Assembly: GCA_031459915.1 (NCBI GenBank)
Contig: JAVKHO010000010.1
Span: 32,001 to 96,000 of the forward strand
Source: Candidatus Tepidifontimicrobium thermophilum
GTDB taxonomy: Bacteria; Sysuimicrobiota; Sysuimicrobiia; Sysuimicrobiales; Sysuimicrobiaceae
DNA length: 64,000 nt
Direction of reading: 5' to 3'
The notes beneath the pieces were generated by a model. The model was not told the DNA's origin. It saw only the letters and a program-made list of their open reading frames with translations, and did not search any database. Both the position numbers and the translations under genes were made by a program. Shown piece by piece: positions 1 to 9,836 of this stretch; the first letter of the stretch is position 1; every line of letters starts with the position of its first letter.

Positions 1-2
1 AT

Positions 3-194
3 CCCTCGCGGCGGCGGGCGCTGGTGCACCGGCTGCAGCGGATCCTCGCGGAGGAGCTGCCCACCGTGGTGCTGTTCTGGCGGCCCTTTTTCTGGATCTA
101 CGACAGCCGGAAGCTGGCTCCCCTGAACACCCGAGGCGGGATGCTGAACGGGATCCCCCTCGCGGAGAACAAGCTGGCCTTCCTCGCCCGATGA
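3..194 (+). CDS. C-terminal fragment of peptide/nickel ABC substrate-binding protein (truncated by window edge)
   Basis: Frame 3 reads ...RRRALVHRLQRILAEELPTVVLFW...AR*, the typical DppA/OppA C-terminus; TGA 192-194 overlaps the next ATG (ATGA). Confidence 0.75.
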   Translation, partial: PSRRRALVHRLQRILAEELPTVVLFWRPFFWIYDSRKLAPLNTRGGMLNGIPLAENKLAFLAR

Positions 195-1144
195 AAGGTA
201 CGTTGGGCGTCCTGGCTCGCACGGTGCTACTGGCGGCGGCGGTGGCCATGGTGGACTTCTTTCTGCCGCGCCTTCTGCCCGGAAGCCCGCTTGCGAGTTC
301 AGAACTCGCTCCGCTTCCGATGAGCGCACAGCAGGAGCTGCGGCAGCGCTACGGTCTGGACCGGCCGCTGGCGCAGCAGTTCGCGGACTACGTGACGGGG
401 CTGCTGCGGGGGGACCTGGGGCGTTCCCTCGCGACCCACCGCCCGGTGGCGGATCTGCTGCGCGAGCGGCTGCCGTGGACGGTGCTGTTGGTGGGCGTGT
501 CCTGGTCCTGCGGAATGCTGCTGGGCGCCAGCCTCGGGACCGTCTCGGCGATCCGTCCTGGAAGCTGGACCGCACGGATCTGGGCGCGGACGAGTGTGGC
601 CCTGGCCGCCATCCCGGAGTTCGTGATGGCCATGCTGCTGGTGGTGGTGTTCTCCGTGCGCTGGCCCCTGTTCCCTGCAGGGGGGGTGCCGTGGGCCTCG
701 GAGGTAGGTCCAGGACCGCTCCACGGCGTCACGGAAGTCCTACGCCGCTTGGTGCTGCCGACGGTCGCCCTCACGGTGTCGGCCACCAGCTTGTTCACCC
801 TCGCCAGTCGGAACCTGCTGGTGGGGGTGCTGGCGGAGCCGTTCCTCCTGGTGGCGCGGGCCAAGGGCCTCGCCCCCAGAAGGGTCCTTACGCACGCGTG
901 GCGGTGTGTGCTTCCGGCGTTTCTCGTCCTCGCCGGTCTTCGCCTGGCGACCCTGGTGACCGGCGCGGTCGCTGTGGAGCGCGTCTTCAACTACCCGGGC
1001 CTGGGCTCCCTTCTCTTCGACGCCGTGGTGCGGCGCGACTACCCCGTGATCCAGGGTGTGTTCCTCGTGGGAAGCTGGCTAGCGCTCGCCGCTTCCGCAG
1101 GGGCGGAGGTCTTGGGACGGTGGGCGGACCCGCGCCTGCGCTGA
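191..1144 (+). CDS. Peptide/nickel ABC permease (DppB/OppB family)
   Basis: GLDRPLAQQFADYV, GDLGRSL, ARAKGL EAA loop, VERVFNYPGLG, RDYPVIQG motifs. Confidence 0.9.
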   Translation: MKGTLGVLARTVLLAAAVAMVDFFLPRLLPGSPLASSELAPLPMSAQQELRQRYGLDRPLAQQFADYVTGLLRGDLGRSLATHRPVADLLRERLPWTVLLVGVSWSCGMLLGASLGTVSAIRPGSWTARIWARTSVALAAIPEFVMAMLLVVVFSVRWPLFPAGGVPWASEVGPGPLHGVTEVLRRLVLPTVALTVSATSLFTLASRNLLVGVLAEPFLLVARAKGLAPRRVLTHAWRCVLPAFLVLAGLRLATLVTGAVAVERVFNYPGLGSLLFDAVVRRDYPVIQGVFLVGSWLALAASAGAEVLGRWADPRLR

Positions 1145-1971
1145 CCACGGGGAAGCTGGCTCCCGGGCCTGTGCTGGCCCTGCTGGTAGCGGGCGGCATG
1201 CTTTCCGTGGCCGTCCTGGGCGACCTTCTGGCGCCCCACGGTCCACGGGCGCTTGTGGGCCCTCCCCTGAGTCCTCCCGGCCCGGGTTTCCCGTTGGGCA
1301 CCGACGAGCTCGGACAGGATCTGTGGAGCCTTTGGTGCCACGGCACCCGCAACTCCCTGTACCTGGGCCTGTCCGTAGGCCTGGCGTCCACCGCCTCGGC
1401 CACGGCGGTGGCCTTGCTGAGCGCAGGTCCGGAGCCCGCTGGGCGGGCACTGGCAGCCTTCACGGAGGTGGCGGCCGCGCTCCCTCCGTTTTTCTCCGCG
1501 ATGCTGCTCGTCGCGTTCCTCGGCCCAGGTCTTCCTTCCCTAACCGTGGGACTGACCTGCGCCAGCTGGGCCGCCTTCGCTCGCGTGCTCCGGACCCAAG
1601 TTCGCCTGGAACTGCAGCGGGAGTACGTGCTGGCCGCGCGAGCTCTGGGCGCTGAGGAGTTCCGCGTCGTCTGCCGCCACGTCCTGCCGGGGCTCGCTCC
1701 CTTGCTGTGGACGAAGTTCCTGCTCACTGTCCGCTGGTCGATCCTGATGGAGGCCACCTTGGGTCTGGTAGGGGTCAGCGACCCGCTGCGGGCGAGCTGG
1801 GGGGCGGTGCTCGGAAGCGCCTTCGCCTACCCGCTGCTGTTCACCGGACCGACCTGGCTGTGGTGGGCGGGCCCGCCGGTCGTGTCCGTCGCGGTGCTCA
1901 CCTGGTCCCTAGCCGTCCTGGGGGAACACCTGGAACGGGCCCTCGATCCAAGGACCCGAGCTTTCCCGTGA
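1141..1971 (+). CDS. Peptide/nickel ABC permease (DppC/OppC family); start uncertain (1141 CTG, 1171 GTG or 1198 ATG)
   Basis: 3' part of ORF 475..1971: PLGTDELGQD, EYVLAARALGA, RHVLPG, SWG motifs. Confidence 0.85.
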   Translation: MTTGKLAPGPVLALLVAGGMLSVAVLGDLLAPHGPRALVGPPLSPPGPGFPLGTDELGQDLWSLWCHGTRNSLYLGLSVGLASTASATAVALLSAGPEPAGRALAAFTEVAAALPPFFSAMLLVAFLGPGLPSLTVGLTCASWAAFARVLRTQVRLELQREYVLAARALGAEEFRVVCRHVLPGLAPLLWTKFLLTVRWSILMEATLGLVGVSDPLRASWGAVLGSAFAYPLLFTGPTWLWWAGPPVVSVAVLTWSLAVLGEHLERALDPRTRAFP

Positions 1972-2005
1972 CCGAGCCAGGAACCTGGAATTTAAGGAAA
2001 GCCAG

Positions 2006-3439
2006 CTACAGCGGCTCCACGTCGTGGGGCAGGCTCTCCCGCAGGCCGGCGGGGGTGATGCGGACGAACCGGGCGTTCTCCCACAGCTCCGGGATGGTCC
2101 GGGCCCCGCAGTAGCTCATCCCCGACCGCAGGCCGCCCACCAGCTGGCGCAGCACGTCCGCCACCTTGCCCCGGTAGGGCACCAGCGCCTCGATCCCCTC
2201 GGCCACGATCTGCCCGATGTCCTCCTCGTCCACAGGGCTGTCCAGGGACCGGCGGCGGGCGGTGGCCCACAGGCTGGCCATGCCCCGGTACGTCTTGTAC
2301 TGGCGGCCGTTGCGGATCACCGTGGCACCCGGGCTCTCCTCCGTGCCCGCCAGCAGGTTGCCCAGCATCACCGCGCTGGCGCCCGCGGCCAGGGCCTTGG
2401 TGATGTCGCCGGAGCTACGGATCCCCCCGTCCGCGATGATGGGCACGCCCCGGGGCCGGGCCGCCCGGGCGCAGTCCAGAATGGCGGAAAGCTGCGGGAC
2501 GCCCGCTCCCGTGACCACCCGAGTGGTGCAGGTGGACCCGGGCCCCACCCCGACCTTCACCGCGTCCGCACCGGCCTCGATGAGGTCCACCGTGCCCTCC
2601 GCGGTGGCCACGTTCCCGGCCACGATGGGGACTTCGGGGAACCGCCTGCGCAGGGTGCGCACCGCCCGCAGCACCGCCTCCGAGTGCCCGTGCGCCACGT
2701 CCACCACCAGCACGTCCACCCCTTCTTCCACCAGCGCCGCCGCGCGCTCCAGGTAGTCGCCGCGCACGCCCACCGCGGCACCGACCCGGAGCCGGCCACG
2801 CTCGTCCTTGGTCGCGTGCGGGTACTGAGAGCGGGCGCGGATGTCCCGGCTGGTCACCAGGCCCACCAGCCGGCCGTCCCCGTCCACCAGGGGCAGCTTC
2901 TCCACCCGGTGCGCGTGGAGGATCCGCTTGGCCTCCTCCATGCTGATCCCCGGGGGTGCCGTGACGAGCCGGTCGCGGGGCGTCATCACCTCCCGCACGG
3001 GACGGTCCAGGTCCTCCTCGAACAGCAGGTCCCGGGCGGTGACGATCCCCACCAACCGGCCGTCCTGCACCACCAGGAGTCCCGCGGACCCGTGCTCCTC
3101 CAGGAACGCCACCGCCTCCCGCAGGGTCTGGTCCGGCCGGATGGTGTACGGCTGCTCGATGACGATGCTCTCCGCCCGCTTGACCCGCCGGACCTCCGCC
3201 ACCTGCTGGTCTGTGGGGAGGAACCGGTGGATGATGCCCAGCCCGCCCTCCCGCGCCATAGCGATGGCCATCTCGCTTTCCGTGACCGCGTCCATGTTGG
3301 CGCTCACGATGGGCACGGACAACTCGATCCCGCGGGCCAACTGGGTGCGGGTGTCCACCTCCGCGCGGCTCTCTACCGGTGACCGGCGCGGAATTAGCAG
3401 CACGTCGTCGAAGGTCAAACCCAGCGGTACCCCTTCCAC
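2006..3439 (-). CDS. guaB: IMP dehydrogenase/GMP reductase family protein with CBS pair (possibly GMP reductase)
   Basis: [27 protein letters not shown] catalytic Cys loop, ADGGI, two CBS domains; GGAGGAGG RBS; lacks the IMPDH flap RY dyad. Confidence 0.8.
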   Translation of the reverse strand: MEGVPLGLTFDDVLLIPRRSPVESRAEVDTRTQLARGIELSVPIVSANMDAVTESEMAIAMAREGGLGIIHRFLPTDQQVAEVRRVKRAESIVIEQPYTIRPDQTLREAVAFLEEHGSAGLLVVQDGRLVGIVTARDLLFEEDLDRPVREVMTPRDRLVTAPPGISMEEAKRILHAHRVEKLPLVDGDGRLVGLVTSRDIRARSQYPHATKDERGRLRVGAAVGVRGDYLERAAALVEEGVDVLVVDVAHGHSEAVLRAVRTLRRRFPEVPIVAGNVATAEGTVDLIEAGADAVKVGVGPGSTCTTRVVTGAGVPQLSAILDCARAARPRGVPIIADGGIRSSGDITKALAAGASAVMLGNLLAGTEESPGATVIRNGRQYKTYRGMASLWATARRRSLDSPVDEEDIGQIVAEGIEALVPYRGKVADVLRQLVGGLRSGMSYCGARTIPELWENARFVRITPAGLRESLPHDVEPL

Positions 3440-3457
3440 GTCTACCTCCTCCGTCCA

Positions 3458-4246
3458 TCATGGTAAGCGGCCCGGCAGGCTCCACCAGAGGCCCAGGGCA
3501 CCGCTCGCGGCGGTGGCGAGGAGGTTGGTGGCGTCGTTGTCCACCCACCGCAGCCCCCGCACCCGCCGGGTGCGGGCGCCGCACCCACACCTGGTCAGCT
3601 CGGTCTCGCGGCCGCAGGCGGTGCACCGGTAGTGCGCCTGGACAGCCCCTCCCACCGCCGAGTCCAGCAGCATCCCCGCCACGCCCGCTGCCGCGGTCCA
3701 GCCCGCCGGTGCTATGCCCAGCGCGCCCGCCAGCCCGCCGCAGCACACCGCCGCCACCACCCCTGCGGCCGTGCCCGCGGCCGTGATCCCGCCGCTGGCT
3801 CCCGGCTCCAGGGGCTTGCGGTCCCACAGGCGCCGGGGCCTGCCCCCGTAGCGCACCCCGAACTCCGTGGCCCAGGTGTCCGCCCACGCGGCGCTCAGCG
3901 CGGCCGCGAACGCCGGTCCGGCGGAGACCGCCTCCAGACCGTGCAGCCACGCGGCTGCCGCCGCCACCAGCCCGTTCGCCAGGACCTGGCGGGCGTTGCG
4001 CCTGGGCGCCTGCGGGCGCGGCGGCAGGGCGCTGGCGGCGGAGGCGGCGGCCACGAACCCCAGCAGGAGGGCGGCCCAGCCCCAGCCTCCCGCGCCGGCC
4101 ACCACGGTGCCCACCGCCACCGCGGCCGCCGCCCCGTCTGCGGACAGGGCGCCCAGCCGCCAGGCCAGTACCGAAGCCAGGAGGCTTCCCACCAGCGCCG
4201 CGGGCCAGCACGCGGCGGATCTCAGGACGTCCCCGAGCGCCGTCAT
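3458..4246 (-). CDS. DUF92/TMEM19 family membrane protein
   Basis: RNARQVLANG, ADTWATEFG, GASGGITAAG, DNDATNLL motifs; ATG at 4246. Confidence 0.85.
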   Translation of the reverse strand: MTALGDVLRSAACWPAALVGSLLASVLAWRLGALSADGAAAAVAVGTVVAGAGGWGWAALLLGFVAAASAASALPPRPQAPRRNARQVLANGLVAAAAAWLHGLEAVSAGPAFAAALSAAWADTWATEFGVRYGGRPRRLWDRKPLEPGASGGITAAGTAAGVVAAVCCGGLAGALGIAPAGWTAAAGVAGMLLDSAVGGAVQAHYRCTACGRETELTRCGCGARTRRVRGLRWVDNDATNLLATAASGALGLWWSLPGRLP

Positions 4247-4281
4247 GACCCGAGCTAGAGCCCGAAAAGCCGGTGCGGGGC

Positions 4282-4875
4282 TTACTCGGAAGCCCGCGGC
4301 ATCCGGCCGTCCCACCGCCGGGCGCGGCTCCAGCTCCACCCGAACTGGTCCAGGACCCGCGCCACCACGTGGTCCACCACCTCGTCCAGGCTCCGCGGGT
4401 GGGTGTAGAAGGCCGGGACCGGCGGGAGGATCACCGCACCCAGGTTGGACAGCTTCAGCATGTTCTCCAGGTGGATGCTGCTCAGGGGGGCTTCCCGGGG
4501 CACCAGGACCAGCTTGCGCCGTTCCTTCAGGGTGACGTCCGCAGCCCGGTGGATGAGGTCGTCCGCGAAGCCGCAGGCGATGGCGGCCAGGGTCTTCATG
4601 CTGCACGGCACCACCGCCATCCCCCGGGTGGGGAACGAGCCGCTGGAGATCGTCGCGGCCTGGTCGTCGCGGCGGTGCACCACGCTCGCTAGGCCCAGGA
4701 CGTCCTCCACGCGGTAGTCGGTCTCGTGCTGGATGGTCCGCTCCGCCCACTCGCTGACCACCAGGTGCGTCTCCAGCCCCAGCTCCCGCGCGGCCTCCAG
4801 CAGCCGGATCCCCAAGATGGCCCCGCTGGCCCCGGTGATGGCCACCACCAGCCGCCGGCTCCCCTCGCCCTCCAT
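4282..4875 (-). CDS. ubiX: Flavin prenyltransferase
   Basis: VAITGASG, ISSGSF, PCSMKTL, RAADVTLKERR, RE(A)PL, PAFYTHP. Confidence 0.95.
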   Translation of the reverse strand: MEGEGSRRLVVAITGASGAILGIRLLEAARELGLETHLVVSEWAERTIQHETDYRVEDVLGLASVVHRRDDQAATISSGSFPTRGMAVVPCSMKTLAAIACGFADDLIHRAADVTLKERRKLVLVPREAPLSSIHLENMLKLSNLGAVILPPVPAFYTHPRSLDEVVDHVVARVLDQFGWSWSRARRWDGRMPRASE

Positions 4876-4902
4876 ACCAACCCTCCCTCGGCAGTCGGCC
4901 CC

Positions 4903-4931
4903 ATGATGGGCGCCGCACCTCCGGGTGTCAA
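4903..4931 (-). promoter_or_regulatory. Putative sigma70 promoter of ubiX (TTGACA-17-CATCAT)
   Basis: Minus strand TTGACA at 4931-4926, 17-nt spacer, CATCAT at 4908-4903, GGAGGG RBS upstream of ATG 4875. Confidence 0.5.
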
Positions 4932-4987
4932 CGACATCGGGTCCGCACCCGAGGCCGTCGGCTGGAGGACCGATGGTCTTCGGCCGG

Positions 4988-5008
4988 AGGTCTGATCGAT
5001 CTTACCTT
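4988..5008. promoter_or_regulatory. Putative FadR/GntR operator (tandem GGTCTGATC/GATCTTACC)
   Basis: AGGTCTGATCGATCTTACCT resembles the FadR-subfamily GGT-N3-ACC box; directly upstream of the gntR start in the divergent ubiX/gntR spacer. Confidence 0.45.
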
Positions 5009-5012
5009 TGCC

Positions 5013-5768
5013 GTGGCGGAGGCAGAACCCCTCGTCCGCACGCCCGTCGAACCGCCCCGGCCGGCCCGCGCCTCGGACTCGGTGGTCCGGCACATCAAGG
5101 AGATGGTCCTGCGGGGCGAGCTCCGCAGCGGGCAGCGGCTGCCGTCGGAAAAGGAGCTGGCCCGGCAGTTCGGGCTGAGCCGGGTGACCATCCGCGACGC
5201 CCTGCGGGTCCTGGAGTCCGAGGGCTTCGTGCGCATCCGGGTCGGTGCCGGGGGCGGGGTATTCGTCTCGGTTCCGGGCCCTCGGCACGTCACCGAGTCC
5301 CTGGCGAACCTCCTGCGGGTGAACCGGGCGTCGCTGCGGGCCCTGGCCGAAGCCCGGCTGCTCCTGGAGCCGGAGGTGGCCGCGCTGGCCGCCCAGCGGG
5401 CCCGGCCCAAAGACCTGGAGGCCATGCACGCGGCGGTGGAAGCGGCCCGCGCGGGACGGCAGCGTGGCGATCCCTACTTCATTCCCCACAGCGTGGGGTT
5501 CCACACGGCGCTGGCGGAGGCCTCCGGGAACCCCGTCCTGGTCGCCGCCCTGGCCTCCTTCCGTGCCCTGTTCCACGAGGTCCTGGCGCGGCTGCTGCCC
5601 GACGACGCCATGGCCACCCGGGCGGTGGAAGACCACCAGGCGATCCTGGACGCGGTGCGGGCCCGCGACCCGGAACGCGCCCGGTCCCTCATGCGGGAGC
5701 ACCTGCTGTACTTCGCGGAACGCGTGCAGAAGCTGTCCCGGCGCAGGAGGGTGGGGTCTCCGTGGTGA
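5013..5768 (+). CDS. FadR/GntR family transcriptional regulator
   Basis: GQRLPSEKELARQFGLSRVTIRDAL wHTH; FCD domain FHTALAEASGN, EDHQAIL. Confidence 0.92.
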   Translation: MAEAEPLVRTPVEPPRPARASDSVVRHIKEMVLRGELRSGQRLPSEKELARQFGLSRVTIRDALRVLESEGFVRIRVGAGGGVFVSVPGPRHVTESLANLLRVNRASLRALAEARLLLEPEVAALAAQRARPKDLEAMHAAVEAARAGRQRGDPYFIPHSVGFHTALAEASGNPVLVAALASFRALFHEVLARLLPDDAMATRAVEDHQAILDAVRARDPERARSLMREHLLYFAERVQKLSRRRRVGSPW

Positions 5769-7018
5769 GGGAAGCCTCAGGGCTGCTGGCCAGCTACCGG
5801 GTGCTGGATCTCACGGACGAGGCCGGCTGGTTCTGCGGCCGGCTATTGGGGGACCTGGGCGCGGACGTGGTGAAGGTGGAACCCCCGGGGGGCGACCCGG
5901 GCCGGTGGCGGGGCCCGTTTTACCGGGACGAACCCCACCCGGAGCGCAGCCTCCCGTGGCTTGCGTACAACGCCAACAAGCGCGGCATCACCCTGGCGCT
6001 CGAGAGTCCCCGGGGGCGGGAGCTGTTCGCGCGCCTGGTGGCGCGGGCGGACTTCGTGGTGGAGTCCTACCCGCCGGGCTTCCTGGAGGACTTGGGTGTC
6101 GGCTACCCGCAGCTGCGGGAGCACAACCCGCGGCTGGTGTGGGTGTCCGTCACGCCCTTCGGACGCACCGGTCCCCGTAGCCGGTGGCGGGGTCCGGACC
6201 TGGTGGTGATGGCCGCGAGCGGCCTCCTGCACCTCGTGGGCAGTCCCGACGGCCCTCCGTTGCGGGTGTCGTTGCCGCAGGCGCCCCTGTGGGGCAGCCT
6301 GTACGCGGCCGCGGGTGCCCTGGTGGCGCACGTGTACCGCCAGCGGACCGGACGCGGCCAGCTGGTGGACGTGTCCGCTCAGGCCAGCCTGCTGAGCGCC
6401 CTGGCCAACGCGCCCGCGTACTGCAGCCTGTTCGGCAAGGACCTGCGCCGGGCCGGCAACCACATGGTGGGCCGTAACGTGCACGGCGCGCGGGTGCGGG
6501 CCGTGTACCGGTGCCGGGACGGGTACATCAACTTCATCCTGTACTCCGGCGAGGCGGGCCGCCACTCCAACGCGGCCCTGGTGCGCTGGATGGAGGAGTG
6601 CGGAGCGTTGCCGGAGACGTTGCGGGGCCGCGACTGGGAGGCCTTCGACGTGGTCACCGCGACCCAGGAGGAGATCGACGAGCTGGAGCAGGCCATCGCG
6701 GCGTTTCTCGCGGAGCGGACCAAAGCGGAGTTCACCGAGGAGGCCCTGCGCCGGGGGATCCTGGGCTACCCCGTGGCCGACCCGCGGGACATCCGGGAGG
6801 ACCCGCAGCTGGAGGCGCGGGGGTTCTGGGAACCCGTGTACCACCCGGGGCTGGAAGCCACGCTGCACTACCCTCGCGGCTTCGCGCGCTTCTCCAACGG
6901 TGCCGCGGGGATCCGGCGGCCCGCGCCGCGGGTGGGCGAGCACAACGTGGAGGTGTACGGGGAGCTGGGCCTCAGCCCGGAGGACGTGGAACGGCTCCGG
7001 GCGGAGGGGGTGGTGTGA
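5762..7018 (+). CDS. Class III (CaiB/BaiF) CoA-transferase, probably non-catalytic subunit (BbsE-like)
   Basis: RVLDLT, LGADVVKVEPPGGDP, NANKRGITL, APRVGEHN; no Asp at the usual catalytic position (PQAPLWGS). Confidence 0.85.
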   Translation: MVREASGLLASYRVLDLTDEAGWFCGRLLGDLGADVVKVEPPGGDPGRWRGPFYRDEPHPERSLPWLAYNANKRGITLALESPRGRELFARLVARADFVVESYPPGFLEDLGVGYPQLREHNPRLVWVSVTPFGRTGPRSRWRGPDLVVMAASGLLHLVGSPDGPPLRVSLPQAPLWGSLYAAAGALVAHVYRQRTGRGQLVDVSAQASLLSALANAPAYCSLFGKDLRRAGNHMVGRNVHGARVRAVYRCRDGYINFILYSGEAGRHSNAALVRWMEECGALPETLRGRDWEAFDVVTATQEEIDELEQAIAAFLAERTKAEFTEEALRRGILGYPVADPRDIREDPQLEARGFWEPVYHPGLEATLHYPRGFARFSNGAAGIRRPAPRVGEHNVEVYGELGLSPEDVERLRAEGVV

Positions 7019-7019
7019 G

Positions 7020-8231
7020 GTGACGCTGCCCCTGGAAGGAGTGCGGGTCGTGGAGTTCGCCGCGTACGCGGCCGGGCCCATGGTGGGCAAGTACCTGGCT
7101 AACTTCGGCGCCACGGTGGTCCACGTGGAGTCCAGAACGCGGCCGGACGGGCTGCGAACGAACTACCCGCCCTTCAAGGACAACCGTCCCGACCCCGACG
7201 CCGCGGGCTGGTTCGCCTTCTGCAACGACACCAAGTACAGCGTCACCCTGAACCTCAAACACCCCCGCGCCCGGCCCGTGGCGGAGCGGTTGGTGCGGTG
7301 GGCCGACGTGCTCATCGAGAACTACGCCCCGGGCGTGATGGCACGCCTGGGGCTCGGCTACGAGGCGGTGCGGGCCCACAACCCCCGGATCGTGTACCTG
7401 AGTTCCTGCAACATGGGCCAGACGGGGCCGCGGGCCGCCCAGAAGGGGTTCGGCTCCCAGCTCACCTCCCAGGCGGGCTTCACCCACCTGACGGGCGACC
7501 CAAAGGACGAGCCCATGCTCCTGTTCGGCCCGTACATCGACTTCGTGGCGGTGGGGTTCGGGCTGGTGGCGGTCCTGGCCGGCCTGGACTACAGCCGGCG
7601 CACCGGGCGGGGGGTGTACATCGACCTGTCCCAGTACGAGGCGGGCGTGCACTTCGTGCTGCCGGCGGTGCTGGACTACGAGGCCAACGGCCGCATCCTG
7701 CAGCGGGCGGGCAACCGGTCCCCGCACGCGGCGCCCCACGGGGTCTACCCCTGCCGCGGGGAAGACCGCTGGTGTGCCATCGCGGTGGAAGAGGACGCGC
7801 AGTGGCAGGCCCTGTGCCGGGTGGCGGGCCACCCGGAGTGGGCCGCGGACCCGCGCTTTGACACGGCCACGGCCCGCAAACAGCACGAGGAGGAGCTGGA
7901 CGCCCTTGTGGAGGGCTGGACGCGGCAGCAGGAGGCCGGACAGCTCGCGGAGGCCCTGCAGGCGGCGGGAGTCCCCGCCGCCCCGGTGCAGCGCACCTCG
8001 GAGCTGTTCGCCGACCCGCAGCTCCGGCACCGGGACACGTGGAGGCAGCTGGCGCACCCCGTGCTGGGCAGCTTCCACTACCTGGCACCGCCGTTTTCGC
8101 TTTCGGAGAGCCCCGCCCGGGTGTCCCGCAGCCCGCTAGTGGGCGAGCACAACAACTGGTTCTACCGGGAGGTCCTCGAGCTTTCGGAGGAGGAGGTAGA
8201 GGAGCTGGAAGCGGAGGGCGTGCTCCGCTGA
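7020..8231 (+). CDS. Class III CoA-transferase, catalytic subunit (BbsF-like; candidate succinyl-CoA:phthalate CoA-transferase subunit)
   Basis: LEGVRVVEF, ADVLIENYAPGVMARLG, GPYID with catalytic Asp, APHGVYPCRGEDRW. Confidence 0.85.
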   Translation: MTLPLEGVRVVEFAAYAAGPMVGKYLANFGATVVHVESRTRPDGLRTNYPPFKDNRPDPDAAGWFAFCNDTKYSVTLNLKHPRARPVAERLVRWADVLIENYAPGVMARLGLGYEAVRAHNPRIVYLSSCNMGQTGPRAAQKGFGSQLTSQAGFTHLTGDPKDEPMLLFGPYIDFVAVGFGLVAVLAGLDYSRRTGRGVYIDLSQYEAGVHFVLPAVLDYEANGRILQRAGNRSPHAAPHGVYPCRGEDRWCAIAVEEDAQWQALCRVAGHPEWAADPRFDTATARKQHEEELDALVEGWTRQQEAGQLAEALQAAGVPAAPVQRTSELFADPQLRHRDTWRQLAHPVLGSFHYLAPPFSLSESPARVSRSPLVGEHNNWFYREVLELSEEEVEELEAEGVLR

Positions 8232-8254
8232 CGCCACGGAAGGAGGGGAGGGAC

Positions 8255-9814
8255 GTGTCCGTGACCGTGAAGACCCCGCCGAGGCTGCAGTCGCTCCGCG
8301 ACACCGTGGAGTGGCTGCGGGAGGAAGGCCTGCTGCTGGAGACCGAGGTGGAGGTGGATCCCGACCTGGAGATCACGGGGATCCAGAAACACCTGGACGG
8401 TAGCTACCCGATCCTGTTCCGGAAAGTGAAGGGCTACCCGGACTACGAGGTGGTCACCAACCTGTTCGCCAACATGGACGTGGTGGACCGGCTGTTCGGA
8501 TGGGACGGCCCCCGCGACCGGACCCGCAAGCTAGCGTACGCCATCACCCACCCCATCCCGCCCGTGGAGGTGCCGCAGGAGGAGGCGCCCTGCCAGGAGG
8601 AGGTGATCACCACGGACCTGGAGGTGAACCGGTACGTGGTGGCCATCCGGCACACGGAGCTGGAGAGCGAACGCACCATCGGCAGCGGCAACAGCGTGGT
8701 GGTGGGGCCGTACTTCCGGGGCGGCAGCCACATCGGCTACAACCGGATGAACGCCCGGTGGGGCAACGTGTGCACCTTCCAGGCCGCGCCGGGGTCCCAC
8801 ATGTGGCAGGTGATCACCGAGCACTACCACGACGACCGCCCCATCCCCCTCACCATGTGCTTCGGGGTCCCGCCCGCGGCCACCCTCATTGCGGGCAGTG
8901 GCTTCGACTACGTGATCCTGCCCATGGGTGCGGACGAACTGGGGGCCGCGGGCGCGGTCCAGGGCTTCCCCCTGCGCATCGTGAAGGCCCGCACGGTGGA
9001 CGCGTGGGCCCTGGCGGACTGCGACCTGGTCCTGGAGGGCTACCTGCACCCCCGGGACAAGCGGTTCGAGACCGCGGAGGCGGAAGCCGCGGGGGTCCAG
9101 GGCAAGTACCCCTTCCACCCCGAGTGGGCGGGGTACATGGGCAAGGCCTACCGGGCGCCCACCTTCCACGTGACCGCCATTACCCGCCGGCGCCGCACCA
9201 AGCCCATCTTCTACGTCCTGGGGGTGCACACCCTGGACGACAACAACATCGACACCACCGTGCGGGAGGCCGCCATCTTCGAGCTGTGCGAGCGGCTGCA
9301 GCCCGGGCTCATCCACGACGTGCACATCCCGTACTGCATGACCGACTGGGGGGGCTGCATCCTGCAGGTCAAGAAGCGCAACCGGCTGGACGACGGGTTC
9401 GTACGCAACTTCCTGGTCGCCACCATGGCCACCAGCTTCGGGATGCGTCTGGCCATCGCGGTGGACGCGGACGTGGACATCTACAGCATGGACGAGATCC
9501 TGTGGGCCCTTACGACCCGGGTGAACCCCCGCAGCGACATCCTGAACCCCGTGCCGGGCGGGGCCGGGCAGACCTTCGTGCCTGCGGAGCGCCTCACCGC
9601 GGGCGAGCAGGCGTGGACCGCTATGAACATCCGGTTCGAGGGCGGCCTGGCCATCGACGCCACAGTACCCTACGGGTACGAGAAGGACTTCCAGCGGCCC
9701 GTCTACCCCGTGCACCGCGTGGACCTGAAGCGCTTCTTCACCGACGAACAGATCGCGCGGGGCAGATCCGTGATGCGGGGGTGGGTGGAGTTGTTGAGCC
9801 GCACGGGCCGGTAG
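8255..9814 (+). CDS. UbiD-family decarboxylase, phthaloyl-CoA decarboxylase-like
   Basis: VDPDLEITGIQKHLDG, FHPEWAGYMGKAY, IPYCMTDWGG, GQTFVPAERLT and C-terminal LSRTGR match, from memory, the anaerobic phthaloyl-CoA decarboxylases; context with ubiX and a CoA-transferase pair. Confidence 0.8.
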   Translation: MSVTVKTPPRLQSLRDTVEWLREEGLLLETEVEVDPDLEITGIQKHLDGSYPILFRKVKGYPDYEVVTNLFANMDVVDRLFGWDGPRDRTRKLAYAITHPIPPVEVPQEEAPCQEEVITTDLEVNRYVVAIRHTELESERTIGSGNSVVVGPYFRGGSHIGYNRMNARWGNVCTFQAAPGSHMWQVITEHYHDDRPIPLTMCFGVPPAATLIAGSGFDYVILPMGADELGAAGAVQGFPLRIVKARTVDAWALADCDLVLEGYLHPRDKRFETAEAEAAGVQGKYPFHPEWAGYMGKAYRAPTFHVTAITRRRRTKPIFYVLGVHTLDDNNIDTTVREAAIFELCERLQPGLIHDVHIPYCMTDWGGCILQVKKRNRLDDGFVRNFLVATMATSFGMRLAIAVDADVDIYSMDEILWALTTRVNPRSDILNPVPGGAGQTFVPAERLTAGEQAWTAMNIRFEGGLAIDATVPYGYEKDFQRPVYPVHRVDLKRFFTDEQIARGRSVMRGWVELLSRTGR

Positions 9815-9836
9815 ACCCTAGGCCGGGAGGGCAGAG

